Part shown: positions 52,036-62,763 of the stretch, piece after piece
Position numbering within the stretch: the stretch's first letter is position 1
Layout: each line of letters starts with the position of its first letter
Assembly: GCA_907165135.1 (NCBI GenBank)
Contig: OU015568.1
Location: 7,006,001-7,070,000 of the forward strand
From: Oikopleura dioica
Taxonomy: Eukaryota > Animalia > Chordata
DNA: 64,000 nucleotides
Direction of reading: 5' to 3'
The notes under the pieces: model-generated
What the model was told of the DNA's origin: nothing
The model's database searches: none
Seen by the model: the letters and a program-made list of their open reading frames with translations, nothing else
Made by a program: the position numbers and the translations under genes

Positions 52036-55000
52036 TCAAGTCACCTTCTCCAGCACAAGTCGTTGGTTCTGTGCCAAGCGCCTCTCCTGATTTCGCCCCA
52101 GCGATGCTTTTATTTCAAATGCTCCCAAATCCTCATCTGTTGAAATCTCATGGATAGAATAGGTGTTTTTATAGTTGAGAGTATTAATGTCATCTTTTCT
52201 TGAGATTAGACACGTCTTTTGCAATTCGGAACACGAAAAAGCACTGAATTATTCTCCAGTACAAAACTTGAAGCCATTTGAAAATTGAAAGGGAATCAAA
52301 AATAGATCACTCGCTCTAAAGTCTGTCTAAACTCTTTCCTACATCGACGTGTATCTTGAAATATCCATGCGCTGAATTCTGAAGAACACTTGAGCATCAA
52401 TAGATCCTGCGCCTTACCATTACGGCTTCTTCCAGAAAGTTATCCAACTTTTCGAAGTCGTTATCCGACAATATTGCAATATCATAATCTATTTGATGAG
52501 TTTTTAATTGGAAAAAACTTGTATTTTTGACCATTTGAAAACTCGACCTCGAAGACTTTTTTGCACCGAACTTGCATTTACGGGCGAATATAAAACCCTG
52601 GTCGCAGAGCACTCGAGTCCTTCAATAATTCTAGCGAGGAACTCATGTTGAAAGGAAGTCCCGTCATCTGACATTCGGATTCTGAGCGCTTTAAAATTTA
52701 AGAATCTAATTCTAAATAATACACGAAGACACACGCGTTCGTGGTGATTCTCAGCTAATTGGTAATTAGCACAATACAACATTCCAAATTGAATATGGGT
52801 GTCTTGCGGGGTCGCTTCTAGGGTAATTTGTGGGGGAATTTTTCCAAGAGCACTGCCTCCCAGTTGACATAGAAAACAGTAAGTCTTCTATGATTTCATA
52901 ATGCACCTTTAATTAGACAATAAAGACCCTTTTAAAGAGGATGTAGAATCTACATTGTAGATATAATTCGTTTGTCAAGTATCTAGTTCCACCAATCACT
53001 AATAATTCATGCTTCTTATATTCATCAAGCTACGAAGCACTCTCAATATGAAAAACTTCAAATTATCTTGAGGTCGGATCGCGTTAATAATTCACTTGAA
53101 ATTAGTTGTTGGGCAGTTCGCCGCTGCGGTAACGGACAAGTTCGATTAGAGCTCGCCCTGGAACTGTTTAGAAGTCAGAGCGAGTTCCGAGCTGCTATCG
53201 AAATTAATGTTTGGGAACATATAGCGGCGCATGTTTTTAGCCGCGCTCGTCAGAATCCAATCCTAAGGCGATGACGACATCTGCCATGCATATTGAAATC
53301 GCAGTTTGACGGTAAATCTCGGCAGTTATCGGAGTCAAGGACGCGCTTTATTCTGAGCCCGGGTAAAAATATACAGAAAAGACCATTTTGAATGGTCGAC
53401 TGAATTGCAGACTCTTTCAATTTTCACTGCAGACTTTGTCGTGTCAAGGGAGCTTTCAAATGATAAGCATCGAAAGGACCTTGACTCAGAATAAAACGCG
53501 CCAATGAAGGGATGAAACCAACAGTGTCCACAAAGATGACTTCAAAATTATCGCCGATGCTGCCTTTGTGAATCTTTTCCTTGGTTTTTCAAGTTGAAAA
53601 TGCTTTTGACAGAGAACTGTTTTTGAAAAAGTAAGGCGGCTAGCCAAATATTCAAGAGACGGTACTAAACATTAAGTATCTTTCTTTTAAAGTATTCTTA
53701 AGTATCCTTAAAGCATTTTAAGTATCTTTAAAGAAATATGCAAAAGTAATTTTGCACTCTTGGAACAGTTGAAACCAATCCTTAGCTGATAGAGTGGTAA
53801 AGAAGTAGTTGTCGATCTGTTTTCTTGGATGGAAATAATTCTGATTCCTTTATAATGGGCGTTGAAGTTTAATAACCTTCGTTATAAGTCTTTTTTTTTT
53901 TTGCAGTCGAACTTTATCAGTAGGAAATGAATATTTATGAAAGAATCTATTATGAAAACGTAATGAAAAAATTGCCACGAGTACTCACAACCTCATTCGA
54001 GAAGGCCTAAATTAATATTTTATCCGAGCTGATTCTTGCATATCTATGGCGCTCCGGAGAGCTCCGGAGAGCCATTCACTTTATTATGTACCTTTTCAGG
54101 TTGCAATGGGCGGTTGAAAGTGGCTCGCCCTGTTCTGAAAAGCCGCTTAGACGACCTTCTATATTACTCCGAGCGCTAATTCTTCATTTATGACACCCAT
54201 TGAAGAGCAGAGAAACAAGTGAGGAGTCAGAAACAATCCAGATTACAAGACAGAGAGAGAAAAAAACAATAAATGACTCCTGCGAAGGAAAAATGACCGT
54301 GTCGGTCCAAGTCGATGTTGAAAACACGAATGTGGAACACTCAACAGCTGCAAATAAAGAGAATTCTCCTGTCACGCCGAGGCCTGTTGAGCAAACGGCT
54401 CTTCTGACAACGGAAGAACAGCCACAGGTTAGAGCGCACTTTTTCGAAATCAAGGAAGAGATTGTTTCAATCGTAATTAAAAATAACAATCTCAGGATGT
54501 ACTCACTTTCATGCAAGGAGCAACGCGAATGCTCGCTCTATGTGGAAGCTTATGTTGCCTTATTGCTTTCACCATGTCAACGCTGTGTTTAGGAAAGAGG
54601 GTCAAAAGAATACACACGAAACTACATTTTTAATAAAAATGGACGCGAGCAAGGGCACACGTACTCGCCCTCGGGACCCTCTGATATAGTTCAGCAAATT
54701 CTGTCCTCAGCAGGATCGCCCTGTATTCCAAATCCGAACAAGTCGGCGAGTGTTCGCTTGTCAATACAAAACCGGTCAGGCGGGCCGGAATCAACAGCGG
54801 AGAAAATCGGACGAATTGAGCGCCTATTTCTTATGGGCACTGGGCTTGATAATTATTCTAAAGTGGGGCAGTGGCGATAGCCATTGAACTCGAATTGCTA
54901 ATTTTAAATATTCAAAGTCGGATTGTTTTCGTAAGGGCCAAATTAGAACGAAGGGGCCCCTTAACTCAAGATAAAGGAATCATCAAAATAGGAATCAAAG

Positions 55001-58000
55001 ATTTATAAAGTCCGGCAAAGGCGTGCTCTGTACAGTTATGATGTGCTTAATATTAATAGCAAAGGCTTCAATAATGAGAAAGAAATTAACTCCATCATTC
55101 AGTTAATTACTTAATAGGCTCGTCATGAGCTTTTTGCAGTGATATATCATACACTATTATTGGATAGTTAATATTGATTCAAGATTGAAGCCTGAGCAGG
55201 GAGTTTCTCCTGTATATACCACTACTGCCTTGAAGATAATAAGGGGAAGAAGACGAGAGCGACATTGTAAAAATAGTGTTTATAAATTTACGACTCAATC
55301 TGCTACAAATCGAACACTGAATAAAACTCCAACGAAATTATTTCCATCCGACCCTGGAGAGTTTCATTTGCAAAATAGTTAACGACAGATGATTTTCCTG
55401 CATTGACGGGTCCGATACAAGTTATAATCGGAGTTCGCTCGATTTTATACTTCTGAAAGAAAGTTTTAAGTTCAAGTTTTAGTGAATTGATAATATGTGG
55501 TTAGGTAAGTAATTGATAACTAAACCTCTAATTTGCTAATGAGATTGGCATTGGAACGTCTTTTCCGTGGGTAGAGAGGCTGTAGTTTAAATTTTAAATG
55601 TCTTTCTAGAAGAATGCCCTTGAATTAGAGATAATACTTCTGCAAGACCCAATCCTGATATCATGGAAGAGTTTTTTGCGCATTTCGTGTGCGACGCGCC
55701 GCTCACTCTGACCCCGCTGCTCAGCTTTATGTTTGAAGTGGTTCGCATAGACGCGGCGACAATCTGCCTCCTCGTCAGTGACGCGCACATCGACGCTATC
55801 TAACCGCTTCAAATGCATTTCGCTGATGACATCACTGGTAAAAGCATTTTCAAGGGAGCGGTAGCGAAACAACTCCAGCAGCACTCGCTCGCGATCCCAA
55901 ATTTGCACTTTCAGTTTCTCGAACGCCAAGGACAGAGTTCGAAATTTTTGCGGCTCCCGGGCAAGGGGGCGGCGGGCGGGCGGGCACGGGCAGAATTTTT
56001 AAGATTCCCGGGGGCAAAAACGGTCACGGGCACAAAAACGAATTTTCCCGCGAGCCAAGCGGGCACGAGCACTATAACAAATTTTCCCGCGGGCAGATAC
56101 GGGCACGGGCATGAATGAGAAGATTCCCGCGGGCATAAACGGGCACGGGCGGTTTGCCCGCGTTCCCGCACGAAATATTCCCGAGGGCAGCCCGGGGGAA
56201 CATTTTTTTCTACTGCTAAATCTCAAGCCTATTTTTCAAAATAAGAAAATAAAATAAAAACGACCCTGAATCAATTCGGATTTTTAAATCGCAAGTTTTA
56301 GGAGCTAGTTAGAAACTACGACCGAATGGTCTCCGTTTCCCCAAGTTGGGCAAACGGCGACTTGGGCAAACTTGGGCAAACTTAAATTGATTGATCATAT
56401 AACTTTGTTGTATTGGCTTCTCCACAGTCAATCCCGGCTTCACCAACTTCAGTCCCGGCTTCAACAACTTCGATTCAAGCTTTTCAGACGTCAATCTTGG
56501 TGGCTCAAACTTGAATCCTGGCATCTCCAGCGTCAATCCCGGCTTCTTCAATGCTGATCCGGGCGTCACTTACTTCAATCCAAGTTTCTCAAACGTCACT
56601 CCCGGCTTCTCAGTTGTCAATCATCGCTTCTCGAATGTCGATCATGGCTTCTTCAAGATAAAATTGGCGTTGAAAAAGCCGAGATGGAGATGGATGAAGT
56701 CGGGATCGACGATGGAGAAATCGGGATTGACGTCGAAGAACCCGGGATGAAGCCATATTTGAAGTCGGTGAATCGAGAATTGGCGATGGAGAAGCCATAA
56801 TTGATATAGTGTCGATGATATTGGAGAAAACATGATTGATGTTGGTGAAGCCAGGATTGGCGTTGAAGAAGCCAGGATTGACATTAAAAAAGCCAAATAA
56901 TGTCTAATGATCAATTAATATAAACTTTTTTCCAGAGTTGCAAATTTTAGAAATTTTTTTCTGAGCAGAGCTAGCTGAGCTGAGGTTGAAACTGAGCTGA
57001 GCTGAGGTGAGCTGTTTTTTTTTTAAAAATTGAGCTGAGCTGGGGCATATTTGAAAATTTTAGAGCTGAGCTGACGATTTCTCAAACTGAGCTAGCTGAG
57101 CTGAGCTGACCGGCTCTAGAATCGACCGGAAGTAGAGTTCTCTAGAATTTTAAAAAGTTTTTGAAATTTTCTGCTGATTCTAAAAAAGTATGGTGTTCGG
57201 GGGTCTATAAGGCGGAAGTGGGCTGGAAAACTTCGTTAACCTTAAAAAAGCACATCTATATGCAAAAATAAACTCATGGACGATGTACAATGCACATTGT
57301 GCATGCTGCATCCAAGTCGCCGTTTTCCCAAATCGCCGTTTGCCCAACTTGGAGAAACGGAGATCTTGGGCAAACTGAGCTAGCTGACCATAAAATTTTC
57401 TGTTGATTAGTAAAGGTATAATGTTCGGGAGTCTACAAGGCGGAAATGGGCTGGAAAACTTCGTTAACCTTAAAAATAGCACGTCATAACAGTTCTGTAT
57501 GCAGATTAGTTTTCAATATACTCCCTCAAGTATTTGGTGTCTATTTCCACGCTATTTAAATAGTTTAAACACTTTTTCATAAGGTGCATTGAATCTGCCC
57601 GTGCCCGTTAAAGCTCGCGGGAATCTTGCCCGTGCCCGAATTTGCCCGCGGGAATATTTTTTATTGTGCCCGTGCCCGCTTGGCCCGCGGGAAAATTCGT
57701 TTTTTTGCCCGTGACCGCTTTTGCCCTCGGGAATCTTCACTTTCTTGCCCGTGCCCGTATCTTCCCCCGGGCAAACGCGGGATTTCGAACTCTGGCCAAG
57801 GAGGTCAAAACTTGTTCAGATTCAGGAATGTAGCCTTCGTTCAAGAGCCAGGCCAAGTTGAGATAGTGGGTCGGAGACAACCGAGGAACGTTGATGAAGA
57901 AAATGTCAGTTTCGTCCCAAATCACGTCATTTTTTAACCTCGTTTGCCAGTCTTTATCGTCTAAGATCGGGAGAAACTCGTCGAAATCTTCGGAAATATT

Positions 58001-58521
58001 GACAGGGTAAATGCCAAAGCTGGTTATTTTCAATCCTGGAATCGTTCTGGCAAGTTTCTTTGCTTCGTCAAGCCGCTCGTAGATATTCCGGTAGCGGGTA
58101 CGATCGAGTTCTTCTGGTTGGAAGATGAAGACTTTCCGATGACGCGTTTCTTCATGCTCCTTTCCAGCGAAATTTCCGAAGTTGCTTTCTTCGTTAATGT
58201 TTTCCAGAACATGATTCGGCGCACCCCAGTTGAAACTTAGAGGTTCATAATTTCCACTCGCCAAAGTCCCCTTGCCAGATGGACGCGGAATTTCGAATTC
58301 CGTTCGGTAGAGAAATTCAATGAATCTTTCTGCCCGCTCATTTGTCTGTTTTCTATTGAGTTCTCTGTTGATAGTCTTTGATATTTTAGCTGTTGGCTTT
58401 CCAACGGTTTAATAAAACATCTATTCAATATTGAGGACTTGAACCTCTGCAATTTTAAAAACCGAGACTTTCTGATTTTTGAACTGAGGAATCTGCAGAC
58501 TCGATCATTACATCGTAACAT
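52036..58521 (-). CDS. GTPBP6: GTPBP6 / HflX-family mitochondrial GTPase, fragmented by long and TE-derived introns
   Basis: LDEAKKLARTIPG; INVPRLSPTHYLNL; VQIWDRERVLLELFR; G1 PIITCIGPVNAGKSS (55354-55452); G2 YFFTTLSAK (53781-53816); G3 IFVDTVGFI (about 53510-53545); AEIYRQT...ADVVIAL; SDDGTSFQHEFLARIIEGL; LDNFLEEAVM. Exon joins are inferred. Confidence 0.8.
53336..53501. mobile_element. 166-bp MITE-like insertion within GTPBP6 coding sequence
   Basis: On the minus strand the ends are GCGCGTTTTATTCTGAG and CTCAGAATAAAGCGCGT (inverted, 2 mismatches), with TCATTG/TCCTTG flanks. Removal restores GFIPSL-TPITAEIY. Confidence 0.65.
54293..54890 (+). CDS. Possible small membrane-protein gene nested antisense in a GTPBP6 intron
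   Basis: MTVSVQVDVEN...EEQPQ|DVLTFMQGATRMLALCGSLCCLIAFTMSTLCLGKR with a GT-AG intron 54430-54498; later exons are uncertain. Confidence 0.3.
56415..56894. repeat. Degenerate 21-bp minisatellite in two oppositely oriented halves
   Basis: Units like GTCAATCCCGGCTTCTTCAAT run forward over 56415-56657 and reverse over 56665-56894. Confidence 0.85.
56962..57109. repeat. GAGCT pentamer-rich tract
   Basis: About 14 AGCT cores, e.g. GAGCTGAGCTGAGGTGAGCT and GAGCTGAGCTGGGG. Confidence 0.9.
57194..57482. repeat. Pair of about 60-bp direct repeats (57194-57253; 57422-57482)
   Basis: TGTTCGGG.GTCTA.AAGGCGGAA.TGGGCTGGAAAACTTCGTTAACCTTAAAAA occurs twice. Confidence 0.85.
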
Positions 58522-58632
58522 GAAATTCTGAACCCAAAGAACATGTTTTATTTCATCCTTTTTCAAAGAATGTATAAAAAAGAAACTGAGAATAAATAAT
58601 CTGAATTTGAACAGGTATGAATGCAGAATTGA

Positions 58633-59654
58633 CTACTTCTTAGATTTGGCTTTCATCATTTCGATATATCGACCAAGATCTTTCTGGACAGACGGCTGAG
58701 AAACCAATTTGACAAAGGCTAAATTTTTAATCATGCTTTGCAGGATCGAATTGAATTAGAACTCACTTTCAATGTCTTGTTCCTTATTGCGTATCAGTTT
58801 ATTGGCAGTTTCCTGACGCAGGAGTTGCTTCGTGATCGCTCGCGCTTTCGGTGGCACTTTTAGCCAGAGCTTGAGATTTTCAATCACTCGCTCCATCATG
58901 TCGTCTGGCTCGACGAGCTCATCCACAAGGCCGATTTTCAGAGCGTGTTCTCCAGAATAAAGATGGCCAAGTTGGAGAGCCCATTCCGTTTCGCGTTGTC
59001 CGATAGTGTTGATCATCGTATCCACGAACTAAATTTTGCATAATTGAATAAATGTATTTGGGTGAATTGTTAATGCTAGAGTAGCTAATTGCAGATTAAT
59101 AACGAAGCTAGCGGCGATGAATAATGAATGCTTCAAGCGTACCCATGTGGGGGCCACGATACCGAGCGCGGTCTCGTTAAGGCCGATGACGATTTTTGGG
59201 TGTTTGGCCATGATGCGGTAATCGCATGACATGGCGATTTGACAGCCGCCAGCTGGAGAAGCGCCATTGATCGCAGCAATAGTAGGAATGGGGCACATGT
59301 AGACGGACAGCCACATATCCTGAAAACACTCAAGATCTTCTATTGTGAAAAGATTGGAACCTGGACGTGCTGCCAGAATTCACGAAGCTCGTCGTCTGTT
59401 TTGCCATACATCGAGAAGATGTCCAAGCCCGAGCTAAAAACGCCTGGCTTGGCAGAGCTAAAGACGATAGCAGACGCGCCATCGGCCACGACTTGATCGA
59501 CAGATGTTTTGATATCGGAGAGGAGCTGCTTGTTCAGCGTGTTAACTGGCGGCGCGTTGAAAGCAAGAGAGGCGACTCCGTGTGGCATCATGTCGACCTT
59601 GACCGAGGAAAGCCGCGAGATCGCCACGCGGTTGAGGACTTGCCGAGACAACAT
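58633..59654 (-). CDS. ECI1: Enoyl-CoA delta isomerase 1, mitochondrial
   Basis: FNAPPVNTL, GVFSSGLDI, AAINGASPAGGCQIAMSCDYRIMA, IGLNETALGIVAP, ALKIGLVDELV. Confidence 0.95.
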
Positions 59655-59671
59655 TCTATCAAAACAGCGCC

Positions 59672-61123
59672 TTAAACTTTAAAGAACGATGAAGCTAAGT
59701 CCAAGATAAAGGCAGTAGTGTTAAAGGTAGTTAGATATCGATCCAGTTGAGGCTATAAGGACTGATAAAATAGGCGCCGAAGACGTCCATTTCAATGCTG
59801 GTGATGACCAAGTTGCTGAATTGCGTGTGAAGCCGTCTTCGTTCGTTTGAAAGCTCATTTGCAATATTCCACTTTCGAATGTGCGATCGAGGATTACGGA
59901 GGTCCCATAAAAACACGTCACCAGTAGTAGAGCCGGCCATTAGACCAAAGTTCGTGGAAGACATGGAGGTGAGCTCAAAAACTTTTCCCGCCGCGGTTCT
60001 GGATTCATATGGATTCTGTGTTTCGTATTTTTGCGCTAGCTCTTTTGAACGCGTATCGTAAAGGCGGACAGTGTTATGACGAGTAGTGAGAATCTCATGG
60101 TCAGAGAAGAATTCCACTTCGCCAAAGGAATGAGCATTGGTCAGCATTCTTACTTGCTTGAGCAAGTCGACTTTGCTGGAGTTTGCAGACTCGACGTCAT
60201 AAAATGCCAGATAGCCTTCAGCAAGCGTTACTGCCAGTTTCTTTCCGTCGGGAGAAAACTTTCCCTTTTTGATTCTCATTTGATTATCCAAAGAAAGTAA
60301 TCTAAAATATGATGATTAGCTGAAGGTCAAGCAAATCATGATGATACCTGTCTAGCCAGTCGCCTTTTTCATTCAATCTCAAAATCTCCAACTTGTCTGT
60401 CGAAGTCACGCAGAAATTCCGCTCCACACAGGAGACAGAATTAATCTCCTCTCCAATGATTTTCTGCATAAAACCCCGCCCGTCCTTTGCTTTTCCAGAG
60501 AGTCTTGCCACGCCAACTTCTCCGTTGTCAAATCCACTCAGCAACACTTTCGACTTGCTGCAATAGTCGAGCGAGGTGAACTTCTTGCTGAATCCTTTGC
60601 CGATTTGCGCGATGAGTTTTGGCTGGAAGCTTGTGTGCTCGCGGAGATGCGCTTTTGGGTACTCGTAGAGTTTGTTGTTCATCACCATGATTAGCAGATG
60701 CTTGGTGTTGATTAAACTGATCGCGCTGGAATTTGAATTGTGAGATTCTGAGTTCTGATCCTTTGCTTTTTTATCGATGACTAATCTGAACTTGTTCCGC
60801 TGCCGCAAGAATCCTTTCTTCGCCCAAGCGTGGGCCAGTCTCAATCGTTCGTACCCTCTCACTCTCGTTTTTCCAATCGGCAAAATTGCCTCTATCGACA
60901 TCTCTTCGTAATGCCGATTCCACAAGTCGGAACTGTTCCTGATCACTCTATTAAACTGCTGCGACACTTGCATCATTCTTCCAAGATCTTCAACTCCCAA
61001 ATATCGCGCCACATTGTGCACCAAAACATCTGGCACTACTTCTTCAGCTCGAGGACGTTTCTTCGCTCTTTTGGCTCTTGAATCGCTGATTTCTTTGAAA
61101 AATTCGAGCGTTTCCGCATTCAT
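59672..61123 (-). CDS. F-box / WD40-repeat protein (3' end approximate)
   Basis: F-box VPDVLVHNVARYLGVEDLGRMMQVSQQFNRVIRNSSDLW; WD-like LLSGFDNGEVGV, HNTVRLYD, AGSTTGDVFLWDLR. Confidence 0.8.
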
Positions 61124-61224
61124 TATTTATTTTTTCTGAAGAAAATGATCTTGAAGAGAGTCGATGTAGACCGATACAATATGATATTGATTGATAGTAG
61201 ATACAGTAGTGATGTTAGAGTGGA

Positions 61225-62541
61225 TTATTTGAACTTGGCCGAGTCGGGCTCATCTTGAATCACGACATGCTCAAACGAGTTTTGCTCGAGCGAACAGTTC
61301 CTTGAACAAGTAAAGATCTGAACAGTGCCAATCGAAAAATTCGCTCCTAGAATGTCTCCAAGCCTCGGCATGAGCTGTAGTTCGAATCCCCTGCTTGCTC
61401 CACACGTATCACATCTTGGCACAGCCGCTCCGTTACTGTATTGCTGCGGATCCAAACTGAGCGGCTTTCCCATCACCTGGTATCGTAAGATTTGGCTTGG
61501 TTGCTGACGCAGCCCCTCGAGAAACTCCTGTACCACTTCATCTTCGTCTTCCTCTACGGAAAGATTATTTTTATTCGATTACGGAAATAACTATAATCCG
61601 TTATCGTCCGTTTCCTCGATGGAAATATTAATTGTTTAAGCTAGAGTATGAGTATTAACATGAGCTTACCATCGTCCGTTTCCATCTCATCGGATGTGGT
61701 ATTTGACTCCATCGCAGCTTGATTCGTCCCTCCCATCGTTTCCTCCAGCATATACTTTTGATAAAGTTCATTTTCGTGTGCGTAATTCTGCTCTGACGAT
61801 TCTGCTTCATAAACTTCAATGAAGAGGCCTTCTTTTATCGTCTTGAAGCTTGATGATTCTCTTTTTTCTTCCTTCTCCATTGCGGACGAATTTTGATTTG
61901 CGATCGAAAGGCCCTATTACAATCGACATGATGTTTTAGCATAAAATCTGTATAAACATAGTAGTCATAGATAAATGCCGGCATAGAACCTGCATCTGTG
62001 TGGCCGCCCAGGATACCGCTTCATCCTCGTTTTCCTCTACTCCCCAGTCATCATCACCGTCATCGCCGAAAACTGCATCTTGGGCGATTACTTGTGCCGG
62101 TTCTTCAGTCCTCAGCTGTCTGATCACTTTCCAACCAGATGCACACTTGTGGTGAGTAGGACAAACTGCGATGAAGATCTTTCGATGCTGACTGCTCGGC
62201 GCGCCTGGAAACGGGCAGTAGACTGAAATAAGTCTGTGTTTCTGTGAATCATAATCTAGAGACACTGGTCTTTTTCCAGGGCGTAAGAAAAGCTTTCACG
62301 AAAAGCTCGCTGAGAGAAACGGATTTCCTTTGACGCCCTGGATAAGCCATGAATCGTGAATTGATTTCTTACTTTGCACTAGAAGAGAACACACCTCCCC
62401 ACACTCTCTACACTTCAACTGATCCTTGCTCGGCGACTCAGCGAGCCACATAGTTTTCCCGAAGCAAACATTGTCATAAACGCCCTGCTGCTGCTGTACT
62501 TCAACGTCGAGGACACCGAACAGAACCGGATTGATGTCCAT
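61225..62541 (-). CDS. PDCD2L: Programmed cell death protein 2-like
   Basis: CRECGEVCSLLVQ|VYCP...HRKIFIAVC...GWKVIR; QILRYQVMGKPL; PRCDTCGASRGFELQLMP; GTVQIFTCSRNC. Confidence 0.9.
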
Positions 62542-62763
62542 CTTCTGCTCAGAACCCTCTCTCAATCAAACACTCAATAACACAATCTTAAAAACATGGA
62601 ATTTCATTTATTTTCATTAACAGAGAGCTTTCGAGCGCAATTAGCGACGTAAAGTTTTTATTCTGGGAAAAGTTGGGAATCAGGGGGCCACGCGTAGGCA
62701 CCGAATTGAACGAGTTGTACCACGGGGCGAATAAATACTTGAATGAAGAGGGGATAGTACAAT

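Larger units (their letters stand above)
56328..57365. mobile_element. Inner inverted-repeat-bounded segment (probable nested element)
   Basis: GGTCTCCGTTTCCCCAAGTTGGGCAAACGGCGACTTGGG at 56328 and its inverse ending GGAGAAACGGAGATC at 57365; no TSD seen. Confidence 0.55.
55933..57794. mobile_element. 1862-bp composite non-autonomous hAT-like element inserted in a GTPBP6 exon
   Basis: TIRs CAGAGTTCGAAAT / ATTTCGAACTCTG; exact 8-bp TSD GCCAAGGA (55925-55932, 57795-57802); subterminal arrays of about 40-bp units with CGGGCACGGGC on the left and GCCCGTGCCCG on the right. Confidence 0.92.

Noticed and set aside
53400-53470. LSFESSLDTTKSA, resembling the HflX helix after G3
   Set aside because: It lies inside the inverted-repeat insert and needs two frame changes. 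AEIYRQT...ADVVIAL fits in one frame. It remains the main alternative model.
53589-53591. In-frame TGA upstream of G3 (FST*KTK) as possible readthrough or selenocysteine
   Set aside because: The 36-nt exon at 53781-53816 supplies a better G2 motif, placing this TGA in an intron.
55606-55929. GTPBP6 as a truncated, GTPase-less gene ending at 55606
   Set aside because: G1-G3 and C-terminal exons were found further downstream, to 52036.
61378-61392. GTTCGAATCCC resembling a tRNA T-loop
   Set aside because: It is inside PDCD2L coding sequence (GFELQL) with no cloverleaf.
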